Shown: positions 1 to 8,303 of the stretch, piece by piece
Numbering within the stretch: position 1 is the stretch's first letter
Layout: every line of letters begins with the position of its first letter
NCBI GenBank assembly: GCA_040879435.1
Contig: JBBDKG010000017.1
Location: 2,060 to 66,059 of the forward strand
Direction: 5' to 3'
Source of the DNA: Minisyncoccota bacterium
GTDB taxonomy: Bacteria; Patescibacteriota; Minisyncoccia; Phycocordibacterales; UBA918
Length of the DNA: 64,000 nt
Translations under genes and position numbers: made by a program
The notes under the pieces: generated by a model
What the model saw: only the letters and a program-made list of their open reading frames with translations
What the model was told of the DNA's origin: nothing
Databases searched by the model: none

Positions 1-269
1 CCAAGCCGTGTTGCAAGGTGGATGAGTGTTTCGCTTCGCTGACCGCTTGGGTAGCCTGAGTATGTCTGGAAGATCTCAGTCTGACGCTTTTCATTAATAT
101 CCATCTTGCTTGCGTTCTCGATCTTCACCACAACAGGCGCCACAACGTTCTTAGCGAACTGTGCTGAGTTTTTGCCATTCAAGACCGACGCTGCCTCGGT
201 CGCGATCTTTCCAAGACGCTTTCCTGTAGCGTCGATCACGTATTCTGCTGTTGGGTTCGTTGTTTCCAT
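1..269 (-). CDS. rplM: 50S ribosomal protein L13 (5' part; continues beyond window start)
   Basis: Minus-strand translation from ATG at 269 gives METTNPTAEYVIDATGKRLGKIATEAASVLNGK...QTYSGYPSGQRSETL, matching L13 (YV[IV]DA.GK.LGRLA...GYPGG). It lies directly downstream of rplQ. Confidence 0.8.
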   Translation of the reverse strand, partial: METTNPTAEYVIDATGKRLGKIATEAASVLNGKNSAQFAKNVVAPVVVKIENASKMDINEKRQTEIFQTYSGYPSGQRSETLIHLATRL

Positions 270-271
270 AT

Positions 272-625
272 TTATACAAGCTCAATGACAGCCATATCCC
301 TGCCTGCCGGCGTACGGCCCAGTTTGATGACCCGTGTGTATCCACCGAGGCGATCCGCATACTGTGGTGCGATCTCATCAAACAGCTTCTTGATGACCGC
401 TGGACGCGGTTCACCAAGTGCTGCTGATGCCTGACGCCGTGAAGCAACGGTGTTGTTCTTTCCGTAGGTGATCAACCTCTCAGCGAACGGACGAAGTTCC
501 TTCGCTTTCGCGACCGTTGTTTCGATCTTGCCGTCACGGAAGAGTGAGATAGCGAGTCCACGAAGAAGCGCTGTTCGCTGTGAGCGTGGTCGGCTGAGTG
601 TTCTGTTTTGCTTCTGGTGTTGCAT
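272..625 (-). CDS. rplQ: 50S ribosomal protein L17
   Basis: 117-aa ORF typical of L17, immediately after rpoA. Confidence 0.9.
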   Translation of the reverse strand: MQHQKQNRTLSRPRSQRTALLRGLAISLFRDGKIETTVAKAKELRPFAERLITYGKNNTVASRRQASAALGEPRPAVIKKLFDEIAPQYADRLGGYTRVIKLGRTPAGRDMAVIELV

Positions 626-642
626 ATGTCGCTCTAGGTCCC

Positions 643-1608
643 CTATTCAGAGAAGGTCGCGCCCATGGTCTTCAAAATGTCTTCAATTTCCTCGACACCT
701 TTTGGTCCAATGCCGTCGAGCGCAAGGATATCATCTTTTTTCTTTCGCACAAGACCGCCAACAGTTCGGATGTTCGCTCCTTCGAGTGCTGAAAGCGTAC
801 GACTTGAAAGATCGAGGGTCTCAATGCGGGTCTTAAGCACATCAGGATCAACGTCCTTCTCGTCTGTCTCAGCTGCAGCTTCGTCAGCTTTCTCCTCTTC
901 CGGTGCTGCGACCGGTTCCTGGAATCCGATGATTGCTTTCAGCTGGTGGATCATGATCTCGATCGACTGCTCAAGCGCCTCCTTTGGAGTGAGGGTACCA
1001 TCGGTCTCGATGAAGACACGAAGACGGTTGTAGTCGGTCCGGTCACCCACACGCATGTTCTCCACTTCGTAGTTTGCACGACGGATTGGCGTGAACACGG
1101 CGTCAAGTGCGATCGCACCGATCTCCACCTTCTCTTTCTGATGGATCTCACGGGCAACGTACCCGAGGCCCTTTTCAACGGTCATTTCAATATCGAGTGT
1201 CGTGCCTTTCGCAGTGATCTCAGCGATCGGCTGCTCAGGATTCAAAACTTCAACCTGACTCGGTGCTTCGATGTCACCTGCGGTGACGACCCCGATCTTG
1301 TTTGTCTTCAAGCGGATGGTCATCGGACCTTCCTCATGGAGGGCAAGACGGATGCGCTTGATATTCAGGAGCATGGTGATCATGTCCTCACGTACACCAT
1401 CGATCGTCTCGAACTCATGCTTCACTCCATCGATCTTCACGTGCGTGATAGCAGCGCCCGGAAGCGAAGAAAGGATAATACGGCGAAGTGAATTGCCGAG
1501 TGTTTGCCCGTAGCCCGGGTAGAGCCCGTCGATCTCGAAAATCCCCTGGAATTCTTCTTCCCGTACGATACGTGGCTTGCTTGGTAGTGCGACGTTGATT
1601 TCTAGCAT
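643..1608 (-). CDS. rpoA: DNA-directed RNA polymerase alpha subunit
   Basis: 321 aa with N-terminal dimerisation/assembly domain and C-terminal HhH alpha-CTD (LDLSSRTLSALEGANIRTVGGL). Conserved position between rpsD and rplQ. Confidence 0.95.
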   Translation of the reverse strand: MLEINVALPSKPRIVREEEFQGIFEIDGLYPGYGQTLGNSLRRIILSSLPGAAITHVKIDGVKHEFETIDGVREDMITMLLNIKRIRLALHEEGPMTIRLKTNKIGVVTAGDIEAPSQVEVLNPEQPIAEITAKGTTLDIEMTVEKGLGYVAREIHQKEKVEIGAIALDAVFTPIRRANYEVENMRVGDRTDYNRLRVFIETDGTLTPKEALEQSIEIMIHQLKAIIGFQEPVAAPEEEKADEAAAETDEKDVDPDVLKTRIETLDLSSRTLSALEGANIRTVGGLVRKKKDDILALDGIGPKGVEEIEDILKTMGATFSE

Positions 1609-1637
1609 AAGCGATGAAGTTACGTGCGAAATAATGA

Positions 1638-2246
1638 TTAACGACTGTAGTACTCGAGTACCAGTTCAGGATCGAACAGAGTTTCAGAAGGTTCGTAGGT
1701 CGGAATGCCGGTCATGCTGCCTTCCAGTTTCTTTGCATCGAGGGTAAGCCAGTTCGGTACACCCGCTGCCTGGTGCTCCTCAGCAAAGTTATTGAACAGC
1801 TGCGCGTCCTTGCTTCCCTCACGTACAGAGAGCACATCGTTCTCGGTAATTTTCTGTGACGGGATGGTCGAGCGCTTGCCGTTCACAAGGATGTGACCGT
1901 GTGAGACCATCTGCCGTGCCATCTGGCGTGTCTTTGCAAGTCCGAGGCGGTAGACAACGTTGTCGAGTCGTGATTCAAGACGTTCAATGAGATGCGTGAT
2001 CGGCTGACGGCTATGCTCGATCGCCTCGTTCACGTATCGGGTAAGCTGTCGCTCAGAGATGCCGTATGTAAAACGCATCTTCTGCTTCTCGATGAGCTGC
2101 TTCTTGTAGTCGCTGATCGCTCCAGGGCGACGGCGACGTGTCTTCTGCTGACGTGCTTCAGAAAGCGCGAACTTCTGAGTCTGCGTTTTTTCGAAAATTG
2201 GCGCACCGAGGCGCTTCGCGATTTTGAATTTTGGTCCGATCTTCAT
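1638..2246 (-). CDS. rpsD: 30S ribosomal protein S4
   Basis: 202 aa with S4 N-terminal region and S4 RNA-binding domain. Synteny rpsK-rpsD-rpoA. Confidence 0.95.
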   Translation of the reverse strand: MKIGPKFKIAKRLGAPIFEKTQTQKFALSEARQQKTRRRRPGAISDYKKQLIEKQKMRFTYGISERQLTRYVNEAIEHSRQPITHLIERLESRLDNVVYRLGLAKTRQMARQMVSHGHILVNGKRSTIPSQKITENDVLSVREGSKDAQLFNNFAEEHQAAGVPNWLTLDAKKLEGSMTGIPTYEPSETLFDPELVLEYYSR

Positions 2247-2266
2247 ATCAATATAAATACATTATC

Positions 2267-2698
2267 CTAGACGCGGCGTGCCTTCTTCGGTCGGGGACCG
2301 TTGTGCGGCACCGGCGTCCGGTCGGTGATTCTACTAATAGCGATGCCTTTACCGGCAAATGCACGAAGTGCGGATTCACGACCTGAACCCACACCACGAA
2401 CGACGACATCCACCTCCTTCATTCCCATCTGCTGAGCCTTCTCTCCGATGATCTCGCCCACCTTTGCAGCGGCGAACGGCGTTGACTTACGCGAACCCTT
2501 GAACCCGAGCGCACCGCTTGAGGCAGCGATGAGACTGTTTCCCTTCTGGTCTGCGAGTGTGAGGATGGTGTTGTTGAAGGTCGCGAGGATGTTGAGCGTA
2601 CCGGCAACCACCTTCTTCTTCGGGACACGGTTCAACGCGCGCGTTGTTCCGCTTACGTCCGAACCCCCTCCTTTCTTGATGATGCGTTTCTTACCCAT
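2267..2698 (-). CDS. rpsK: 30S ribosomal protein S11
   Basis: 143 aa, basic, typical S11 C-terminus. Synteny. Confidence 0.95.
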   Translation of the reverse strand: MGKKRIIKKGGGSDVSGTTRALNRVPKKKVVAGTLNILATFNNTILTLADQKGNSLIAASSGALGFKGSRKSTPFAAAKVGEIIGEKAQQMGMKEVDVVVRGVGSGRESALRAFAGKGIAISRITDRTPVPHNGPRPKKARRV

Positions 2699-2736
2699 AG
2701 GTCAATGCCGAATTGAATACAATATAAATATGTGGA

Positions 2737-3114
2737 TTAGGTCTTTTCAACCTTACGGCGTCCGGATCCCATCGTCTTCTTCACACCCTTGAGTGTGCGT
2801 GCGTTGGTCTTGCTGCGCTGACCGCGTGCAGGGAGACGCTTTGCGTGTCGTGAACCACGGTATGACTGGATGTCCTTCAGACGCTTGATGTCACCTGAGA
2901 CCTTTCGCTTCAGTTCACCTTCGATCGCGAACGCCTCGATCTTCTCGCGGATAGCGTTCTCCTGATCGGTCGAAAGATCTGCCGGCTTTGCTGTCTCCTC
3001 GATCTTAAGATCTGCAAGAATCTGGAGCGCACGGTTTCGGCCAATGCCAAAGATCGACGTCAGTCCGTACGAGAGATGCTTGTTGTCTGGGATGGTGATA
3101 CCTGAAATACGCAT
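2737..3114 (-). CDS. rpsM: 30S ribosomal protein S13
   Basis: 125 aa starting MRISGITIPDNKH...GIGRNRA, typical S13. Confidence 0.95.
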   Translation of the reverse strand: MRISGITIPDNKHLSYGLTSIFGIGRNRALQILADLKIEETAKPADLSTDQENAIREKIEAFAIEGELKRKVSGDIKRLKDIQSYRGSRHAKRLPARGQRSKTNARTLKGVKKTMGSGRRKVEKT

Positions 3115-3153
3115 AATACCTGTGCTTAGTGAGTGTGGGTGTGCCGAGAATGC

Positions 3154-3270
3154 TTACCCCTGCCGCTGCTTGTGTCGTGGCTTCTTCTTGTTGATCACGT
3201 AGATCTTGCCTCGTCTTCGGACGATCTGGTCATCAGGACTTCGTTTTTTGATTGATGATCTAACTTTCAT
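3154..3270 (-). CDS. rpmJ: 50S ribosomal protein L36
   Basis: Not in the ORF track (38 aa). Minus-strand ATG at 3270 gives [38 protein letters not shown], close to the L36 consensus (MKVRAS.KK...KHKQRQG). Conserved infA-rpmJ-rpsM position. Confidence 0.85.
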   Translation of the reverse strand: MKVRSSIKKRSPDDQIVRRRGKIYVINKKKPRHKQRQG

Positions 3271-3276
3271 GCTTGT

Positions 3277-3501
3277 TTAAAATCGTTTTACGATACGTCC
3301 CTTCCCGCCGTATGGATCCGGTACGATCGCGACGCGATCGCCGACCAGTACGCGAATGCGGAATTTCCGCATCTTTCCGGCAAGATATGCAAGACTCGTT
3401 TCATTGGTGCCATCAAGTACAACGCGAAAGAGCGCATTGGGGAGCGCCTCCTCAACCGTCCCGTTGACAAGGTTGGGATTTTCTTGCTGATTCTCGGACA
3501 T
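3277..3501 (-). CDS. infA: translation initiation factor IF-1
   Basis: S1-like OB-fold protein (GTVEEALPNALFRVVLDGTNETSLAYLAGKMRKFRIRVLVGDRV...GKGRIVKRF). The ORF extends to 3531, but the internal Met at 3501 gives the canonical ~74-aa IF-1. Confidence 0.85.
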   Translation of the reverse strand: MSENQQENPNLVNGTVEEALPNALFRVVLDGTNETSLAYLAGKMRKFRIRVLVGDRVAIVPDPYGGKGRIVKRF

Positions 3502-3590
3502 CAAACGCGGTGAGTGTAACAAAAACTTCACTGTTCGTCAACACATTTTCCCCCTACCCCGGAAATGACCATTGGGGCCGAAAGCACATA

Positions 3591-4880
3591 CTACCCAACT
3601 ATCTCGATAATATCGATCTCGTCAGCACTCTTCGGGAAGGATCGCTTCCAAAATGGTCGGATAACAGCCTCAGCTCGTTCAATGGCAGGATAACCGGACA
3701 ACACGTTCGGAAGGGCGCCCTTTGCCGCCCCGACAAGGTCCTGCTTCAGCTGATCGGCATCGTATGTCCACACGATACGCGGCGTGCCTTCAAGAGAGAA
3801 GGTAATGGAATCAAGGGCGCGAAGGTCGACCGAAGTTGTCGTTGTTGCTGAAGTGTATGCGAAGGTGAGTGCATCCGCATCCTCAAGACGTACCGCATGG
3901 TCCTCGTATCCCGGTATACCCGCGTCTGCAAGATGTGCCGCAAACTCCCCTTCGGCAAAGAGCGGTACGTGAAGAGAGACCTGCTCCTTGATGGTCACAA
4001 GGTCGTCACCGGCTTCGGTTGACGGGAGGGACTTGTAGCTGAAGGTGATCGCGTCATCGAACAGAATGAACCCAGCAGGACGTTCCTCCGGTACCCGTGC
4101 CCGAAGTGCCTCCTCCAGTTCGCTATACAGCGACTTCTGTGCAGACGCAAGCTCTTCCTCACCGATAATGTATGAAAGTCCTTCGTATCCACCCTGCATG
4201 GACGCTGTGCTGCGTGCAGTGATCGCCTCAAAGAGTTCGGTGTACCCACCTTCTTTGTATCCAGGGACCGTGAATGTTGCCGGTCCGATGTTGTATTCCT
4301 CACCAGGTTCGTCAGCAAAGACCTCGGCGCGTACGGTGCCCGGGGTGTCACCGGTCGCGGCTGGTACGACCACAGACTCCGTGATGCGATAGATGAGTCC
4401 CTGCGGTGACTCAAACCGGGTATTCTTGATAAGTCGCTCTGAACTTTCACGTGTGTTCATGATCTCAATGAAACCGGTCGCCTGTTCACTGACCTCTTCT
4501 TCACCGGTCGCCTGCACACGTCGCTCACCTTCAGCTTCAAGTGTCATGACCTCGTACGAAAGTTCACCAGCTCCTGCTTCACGTGCTGCCTCGAAAGTGC
4601 CGTTGATGACAGGTGTGTGCGAACGTGGGTGGACGGTGATGTCAGCGCCGTCGAGAACGTATCCGATGACAAATCCAGGCAGCAAAATGACGACCGCGAC
4701 CATGAGCGCGATCAGTATTGGCTTCCTGTTCTTGGGTTCGCGGGTCTTTTTCCTCGCTGGCGCGCGTGATTCCTGAGGCTCTTCTGCTGCGGGAGCTGCT
4801 TCACGTGGTTTCGGTGCTGGGCGACGACGACGCTCCCCGCCCGCCGGGCGAATATCCTGTAAGTTCCACTTTTTATCCAT
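3591..4880 (-). CDS. hypothetical bitopic membrane protein with Arg/Pro-rich cytoplasmic N-terminus, one TM helix and a large extracytoplasmic domain; possibly PilN-like
   Basis: 429-aa ORF. N-terminus WNLQDIRP...RRRRPAPKP is followed by the hydrophobic helix ILIALMVAVVILLPGFVIGYVL. It sits downstream of an actin-like ATPase gene. Confidence 0.45.
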   Translation of the reverse strand: MDKKWNLQDIRPAGGERRRRPAPKPREAAPAAEEPQESRAPARKKTREPKNRKPILIALMVAVVILLPGFVIGYVLDGADITVHPRSHTPVINGTFEAAREAGAGELSYEVMTLEAEGERRVQATGEEEVSEQATGFIEIMNTRESSERLIKNTRFESPQGLIYRITESVVVPAATGDTPGTVRAEVFADEPGEEYNIGPATFTVPGYKEGGYTELFEAITARSTASMQGGYEGLSYIIGEEELASAQKSLYSELEEALRARVPEERPAGFILFDDAITFSYKSLPSTEAGDDLVTIKEQVSLHVPLFAEGEFAAHLADAGIPGYEDHAVRLEDADALTFAYTSATTTTSVDLRALDSITFSLEGTPRIVWTYDADQLKQDLVGAAKGALPNVLSGYPAIERAEAVIRPFWKRSFPKSADEIDIIEIVG

Positions 4881-4946
4881 ATATGGCCATTATACTACAT
4901 CACCCTGATCTACAAAATGATATCTCAGGCGGTCTGTGTTGCCGCC

Positions 4947-6125
4947 TTAGGCATCGGAACGAGCTGTGTGCGTATGGAAGATGTGAGCGGAAAGCAGGAG
5001 CGCAAGATCGGCCTCTCCGTCAACGGAAAGATGGTCAGGTGTGATCGTGTGTACGGTGTGCACTGATCCGCTGAGGCGCTTCAAGGCCCGCGCAATCCGT
5101 GCCTGAAAGAATGTCTGTGTAGAAAGGTCCGCCTGCAGGAATATCGCTTTCGGCAGCAGGAGCGGGTCGCCGGCACGTTCGAACAATTCCACAAGGTTCG
5201 TCTCAAACAACTCGAACACCTCTTCGATCGCTTCAGCGTTCTTCTTGTGTTCTATCTGGTCTTCGCCCGCAAGGTAGCCAAGCGCTTCAACAGCAGAAAT
5301 GCCCGCATGATCGCGAAGCTCACGTGCGAGCGTTCGTGTGCCATACGGTGTGTATGTCGCATGTGCAAGAATACCGTCGTGCACTACCGCAAGCTCAGTC
5401 GCTTCACCACTCACTGTCACCAAGCATGCGTTCTCCAGGTGCACATTGAGTGAGGAGAGTGCCGTATAGTACGTCTCAAGTGCACTGTGTATCGAAACTG
5501 ACGCCGCCGGGAAAGAACGACCGATCGTATCGGTGATTGAATCCGCAATGCTGGCATATACGAAACAAAGCACTTCGGTCAAGCCCACGTCACTCGTCCT
5601 TTTATTCGAGGCCTCCTTGACCGAGTAGCCGTTGATACTGACCCCAATGGTCGTGTGGCTCGTCATCTTCAGAATACTGAGCGGTTCATTCTCCTCCTTG
5701 ATACACGCTTCGGTTGCTTCGCGCACGGCGCGCTCTTCAAGGGAATCCAAGAGGTCTGGGGTGACCACAAATGGACCGGTGTGCGTTGCCCGGGCAGTCT
5801 TTAGTACGGTATACGACCAGGGTGAAGCGACCCGTACGAGAGCTTGTGTGACGTTTGCGATACCGTTCTCTTTGCGAAGTGCCTGTATTCCCTTCGTGCC
5901 AGCTTCCTTTAGTACGTCAGATAATGTAGTGGTAAGGTCCTTTGAAACATCTTCAAATCGGACGGCATCTCGCAAAGGAAGTTGTGTGCGGAGTGACCAG
6001 AGTACCTCGCTCTTCTCCACTCCCTGTGTGGATGCAACGATCGCTGCACCGATGCTTCCTGAACCGATATCAATGACCAGTCCGTATGTCGAAGCATTAT
6101 TCCCGGTCCTCTTGTTGAATAGCAT
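4947..6125 (-). CDS. actin-like ATPase superfamily protein (PilM/FtsA/Ppx-GppA-like)
   Basis: 392 aa. The N-terminal phosphate-1 motif YGLVIDIGSGSIGAAIV and a second motif VTVSGEATELAVVHDG are typical of the ASKHA/actin fold. The subfamily is not resolved. Confidence 0.5.
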   Translation of the reverse strand: MLFNKRTGNNASTYGLVIDIGSGSIGAAIVASTQGVEKSEVLWSLRTQLPLRDAVRFEDVSKDLTTTLSDVLKEAGTKGIQALRKENGIANVTQALVRVASPWSYTVLKTARATHTGPFVVTPDLLDSLEERAVREATEACIKEENEPLSILKMTSHTTIGVSINGYSVKEASNKRTSDVGLTEVLCFVYASIADSITDTIGRSFPAASVSIHSALETYYTALSSLNVHLENACLVTVSGEATELAVVHDGILAHATYTPYGTRTLARELRDHAGISAVEALGYLAGEDQIEHKKNAEAIEEVFELFETNLVELFERAGDPLLLPKAIFLQADLSTQTFFQARIARALKRLSGSVHTVHTITPDHLSVDGEADLALLLSAHIFHTHTARSDA

Positions 6126-6182
6126 TACTACTTAGTATAAATCACACTCTCCACGCAAAGTGCGAGTTGCGCACAGCTACTG

Positions 6183-7976
6183 CTACTCCAGCACTGCCTT
6201 GATGCGGCGCACACCGGCTGATGATGATTCCTCTTTTGTGATACGGAAGGTTCCTTTGACCTCCGAAAGGTCAGTGACGTGTGGGCCACCACACAACTCC
6301 CGCGACAGTAGCGTTCCGTCGGGAGCAGTGATGCTGTATACATTCACCATGTCGGGATATCGATCCCAGAAACTCGCTTCTACTGTCGGGTCGTTTTGCG
6401 CATCCGTTTTTGAGCGCGTGTCGGTTGTGACTGCACCACCATTTTTGATTGCGGTGTTCACCCACGCTTCTATCGTATCGAGCACCGAACGCTCAATCTT
6501 TTCTGGATGAGTGAAATCGAATCGAAGCCGTTCTCCGGTGATGTTTGAACCAGCCTGATGGACATGGTCGCCCAATTCTTTCCGCAACGCTGCAAGCAAA
6601 AGGTGCGTTGCGGTGTGATACTGCACAACCTTCTCGGAGTGGTCGGCGAGTCCGCCTTTGAACTTCTGTTCGGCTCCTGCACGGGACTGTTCCTGATGCT
6701 TTAGCATTTCAGTGTTAAATGCATCAACGTCAATAGCTATCCCACGTTCTGCTGCGAGTTCCATAGTGAGTTCAAGAGGAAAACCATGCGACGAGAATAA
6801 CTTAAAAGCCTCTTCCCCGCTCACTTTCTCTGTTGATGATGCTATACGATCAAACTGCTTCATTCCCTGTTCGAGTGTGGTATTGAAATTCCTTTCCTCT
6901 TCTGCGATCTCCATTTCAATTGCTTCTCTTCTGCGTTCCAGCTCCGGGTAGGCTTCTTTAAAGTGTTTGATCACTTCTTGTGCAACCGGCAAAATCGTTG
7001 GCATTCTCAGCTTACGAGCGTGGCGAATAGCTCGGCGTAGAAGTCGACGGAGAATATAGCCCTGGTCGGTATTTGACGGAGAAACGCCGTCAGCGATAAG
7101 AAAAACCGACGCGCGCAGGTGATCTGCGATTATTCGTTCTGACTCCGGAATACTTTGGGCGGACGAGCTCTTGATTACCTCTATAAGCGGTTGAAACAAA
7201 TCAGTGTCGAATACACTCTGCTTCCCTTGTACCACAGCGGTCACCCGTTCGAGTCCGGAACCTGTGTCGACGTTCTGTGCAGCGAGCTTGCCAATGACCT
7301 TCCCGTCCTTTTTCTCGTATTCCATGAACACATCGTTCCAAATCTCAACAACGTCCTGTCGATCGTCTGCCGCAAGAAATTCGTCCTTTGTAAGTCCTGC
7401 GGTTAGATTGCCCGTGACATCGTAGAACATCTCACTGTCAGGTCCGCATGGTCCATTGTCACCAGGGCTCCACCAGTTAGACTCTGCGTCCATGAAGAAA
7501 ATACGTCGATCGGGATCAAGTCCTTCCCCTTCAAATATCTCTTTCCAGATCTTGTATGCCTCCTCGTCGCGCGGGGCATTTTCGTCACCTTCAAATACCG
7601 TTACATACAAGCGTTTCGGATCAAGTCCAAGTCCTTCGTCATTAGATGTCAGAAATTCGTAACTCCAAGTGATCGCTTCTTGTTTGAAGTAATCACCCAA
7701 GGACCAATTACCTAACATCTCAAAAAAGGTCAAATGCGTATTATCTCCGACTTCATCAATATCGTTGGTGCGGACACATTTTTGAGAGTCAGCAATACGT
7801 GTCGCTCCGGTCGAGTGTGGTTGACCCATTAGATACGGTACGAGGGGTTGCATTCCGGCTGTGTTAAACAGCACTGAAGGATCGTTTTCCGGCACGAGCG
7901 AAGCCGATGGAATGATTGTGTGCCCACGAGCTTTAAAGAATTCCAGGAATTTTTTCCGTATTTCGTTGCCTGACAT
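6183..7976 (-). CDS. alaS: alanine--tRNA ligase (short form, catalytic + editing domains, no C-Ala domain)
   Basis: 597 aa. Class II AlaRS N-terminus (FLEFFKARGHTIIPSASLVP...FNTAGM) and editing-domain motifs HTATHLLLAALR and CGGPHV are present. The protein ends after the editing domain. Confidence 0.9.
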   Translation of the reverse strand: MSGNEIRKKFLEFFKARGHTIIPSASLVPENDPSVLFNTAGMQPLVPYLMGQPHSTGATRIADSQKCVRTNDIDEVGDNTHLTFFEMLGNWSLGDYFKQEAITWSYEFLTSNDEGLGLDPKRLYVTVFEGDENAPRDEEAYKIWKEIFEGEGLDPDRRIFFMDAESNWWSPGDNGPCGPDSEMFYDVTGNLTAGLTKDEFLAADDRQDVVEIWNDVFMEYEKKDGKVIGKLAAQNVDTGSGLERVTAVVQGKQSVFDTDLFQPLIEVIKSSSAQSIPESERIIADHLRASVFLIADGVSPSNTDQGYILRRLLRRAIRHARKLRMPTILPVAQEVIKHFKEAYPELERRREAIEMEIAEEERNFNTTLEQGMKQFDRIASSTEKVSGEEAFKLFSSHGFPLELTMELAAERGIAIDVDAFNTEMLKHQEQSRAGAEQKFKGGLADHSEKVVQYHTATHLLLAALRKELGDHVHQAGSNITGERLRFDFTHPEKIERSVLDTIEAWVNTAIKNGGAVTTDTRSKTDAQNDPTVEASFWDRYPDMVNVYSITAPDGTLLSRELCGGPHVTDLSEVKGTFRITKEESSSAGVRRIKAVLE

Positions 7977-8002
7977 AGGTATGGACTATAGCGTGATTCC
8001 GG

Positions 8003-8278
8003 TTAATTGCCAAAGAGTGCCTCAAGGTACGGCGTACAATCAGTTCCGTGACATGTCAGGAGGTTTGCGAAGTGATAGAAATACAGCTCGAGGCCGTATC
8101 CCATGAGGATCAGGAAGAGGCCGATCAGGGTTATCACGAATTCAGTACGAAAGGTACGGAGTACCTTCCGGTCGATACGGTGTTCGTGAGCGATCTTATG
8201 ATGTGCTAAGAGTACACCGAGCGCTAGAAGTACCTTCCCGATCAAGCTTAGTGTGAGTCCCCAGAAGAGTATGTTCAT
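8003..8278 (-). CDS. small hypothetical membrane protein (2 predicted TM helices)
   Basis: 91-aa ORF with two hydrophobic segments. No recognisable family. Confidence 0.35.
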   Translation of the reverse strand: MNILFWGLTLSLIGKVLLALGVLLAHHKIAHEHRIDRKVLRTFRTEFVITLIGLFLILMGYGLELYFYHFANLLTCHGTDCTPYLEALFGN

Positions 8279-8303
8279 ACAACCTATTGTGACACACCAT
8301 CCG

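Noticed and set aside
946-1491. Numerous 60-220-aa ORFs antisense to rpoA, atpD/atpA, the RND gene, uvrA etc.
   Set aside because: These are shadow ORFs within strongly supported conserved genes on the opposite strand, so they are not reported.
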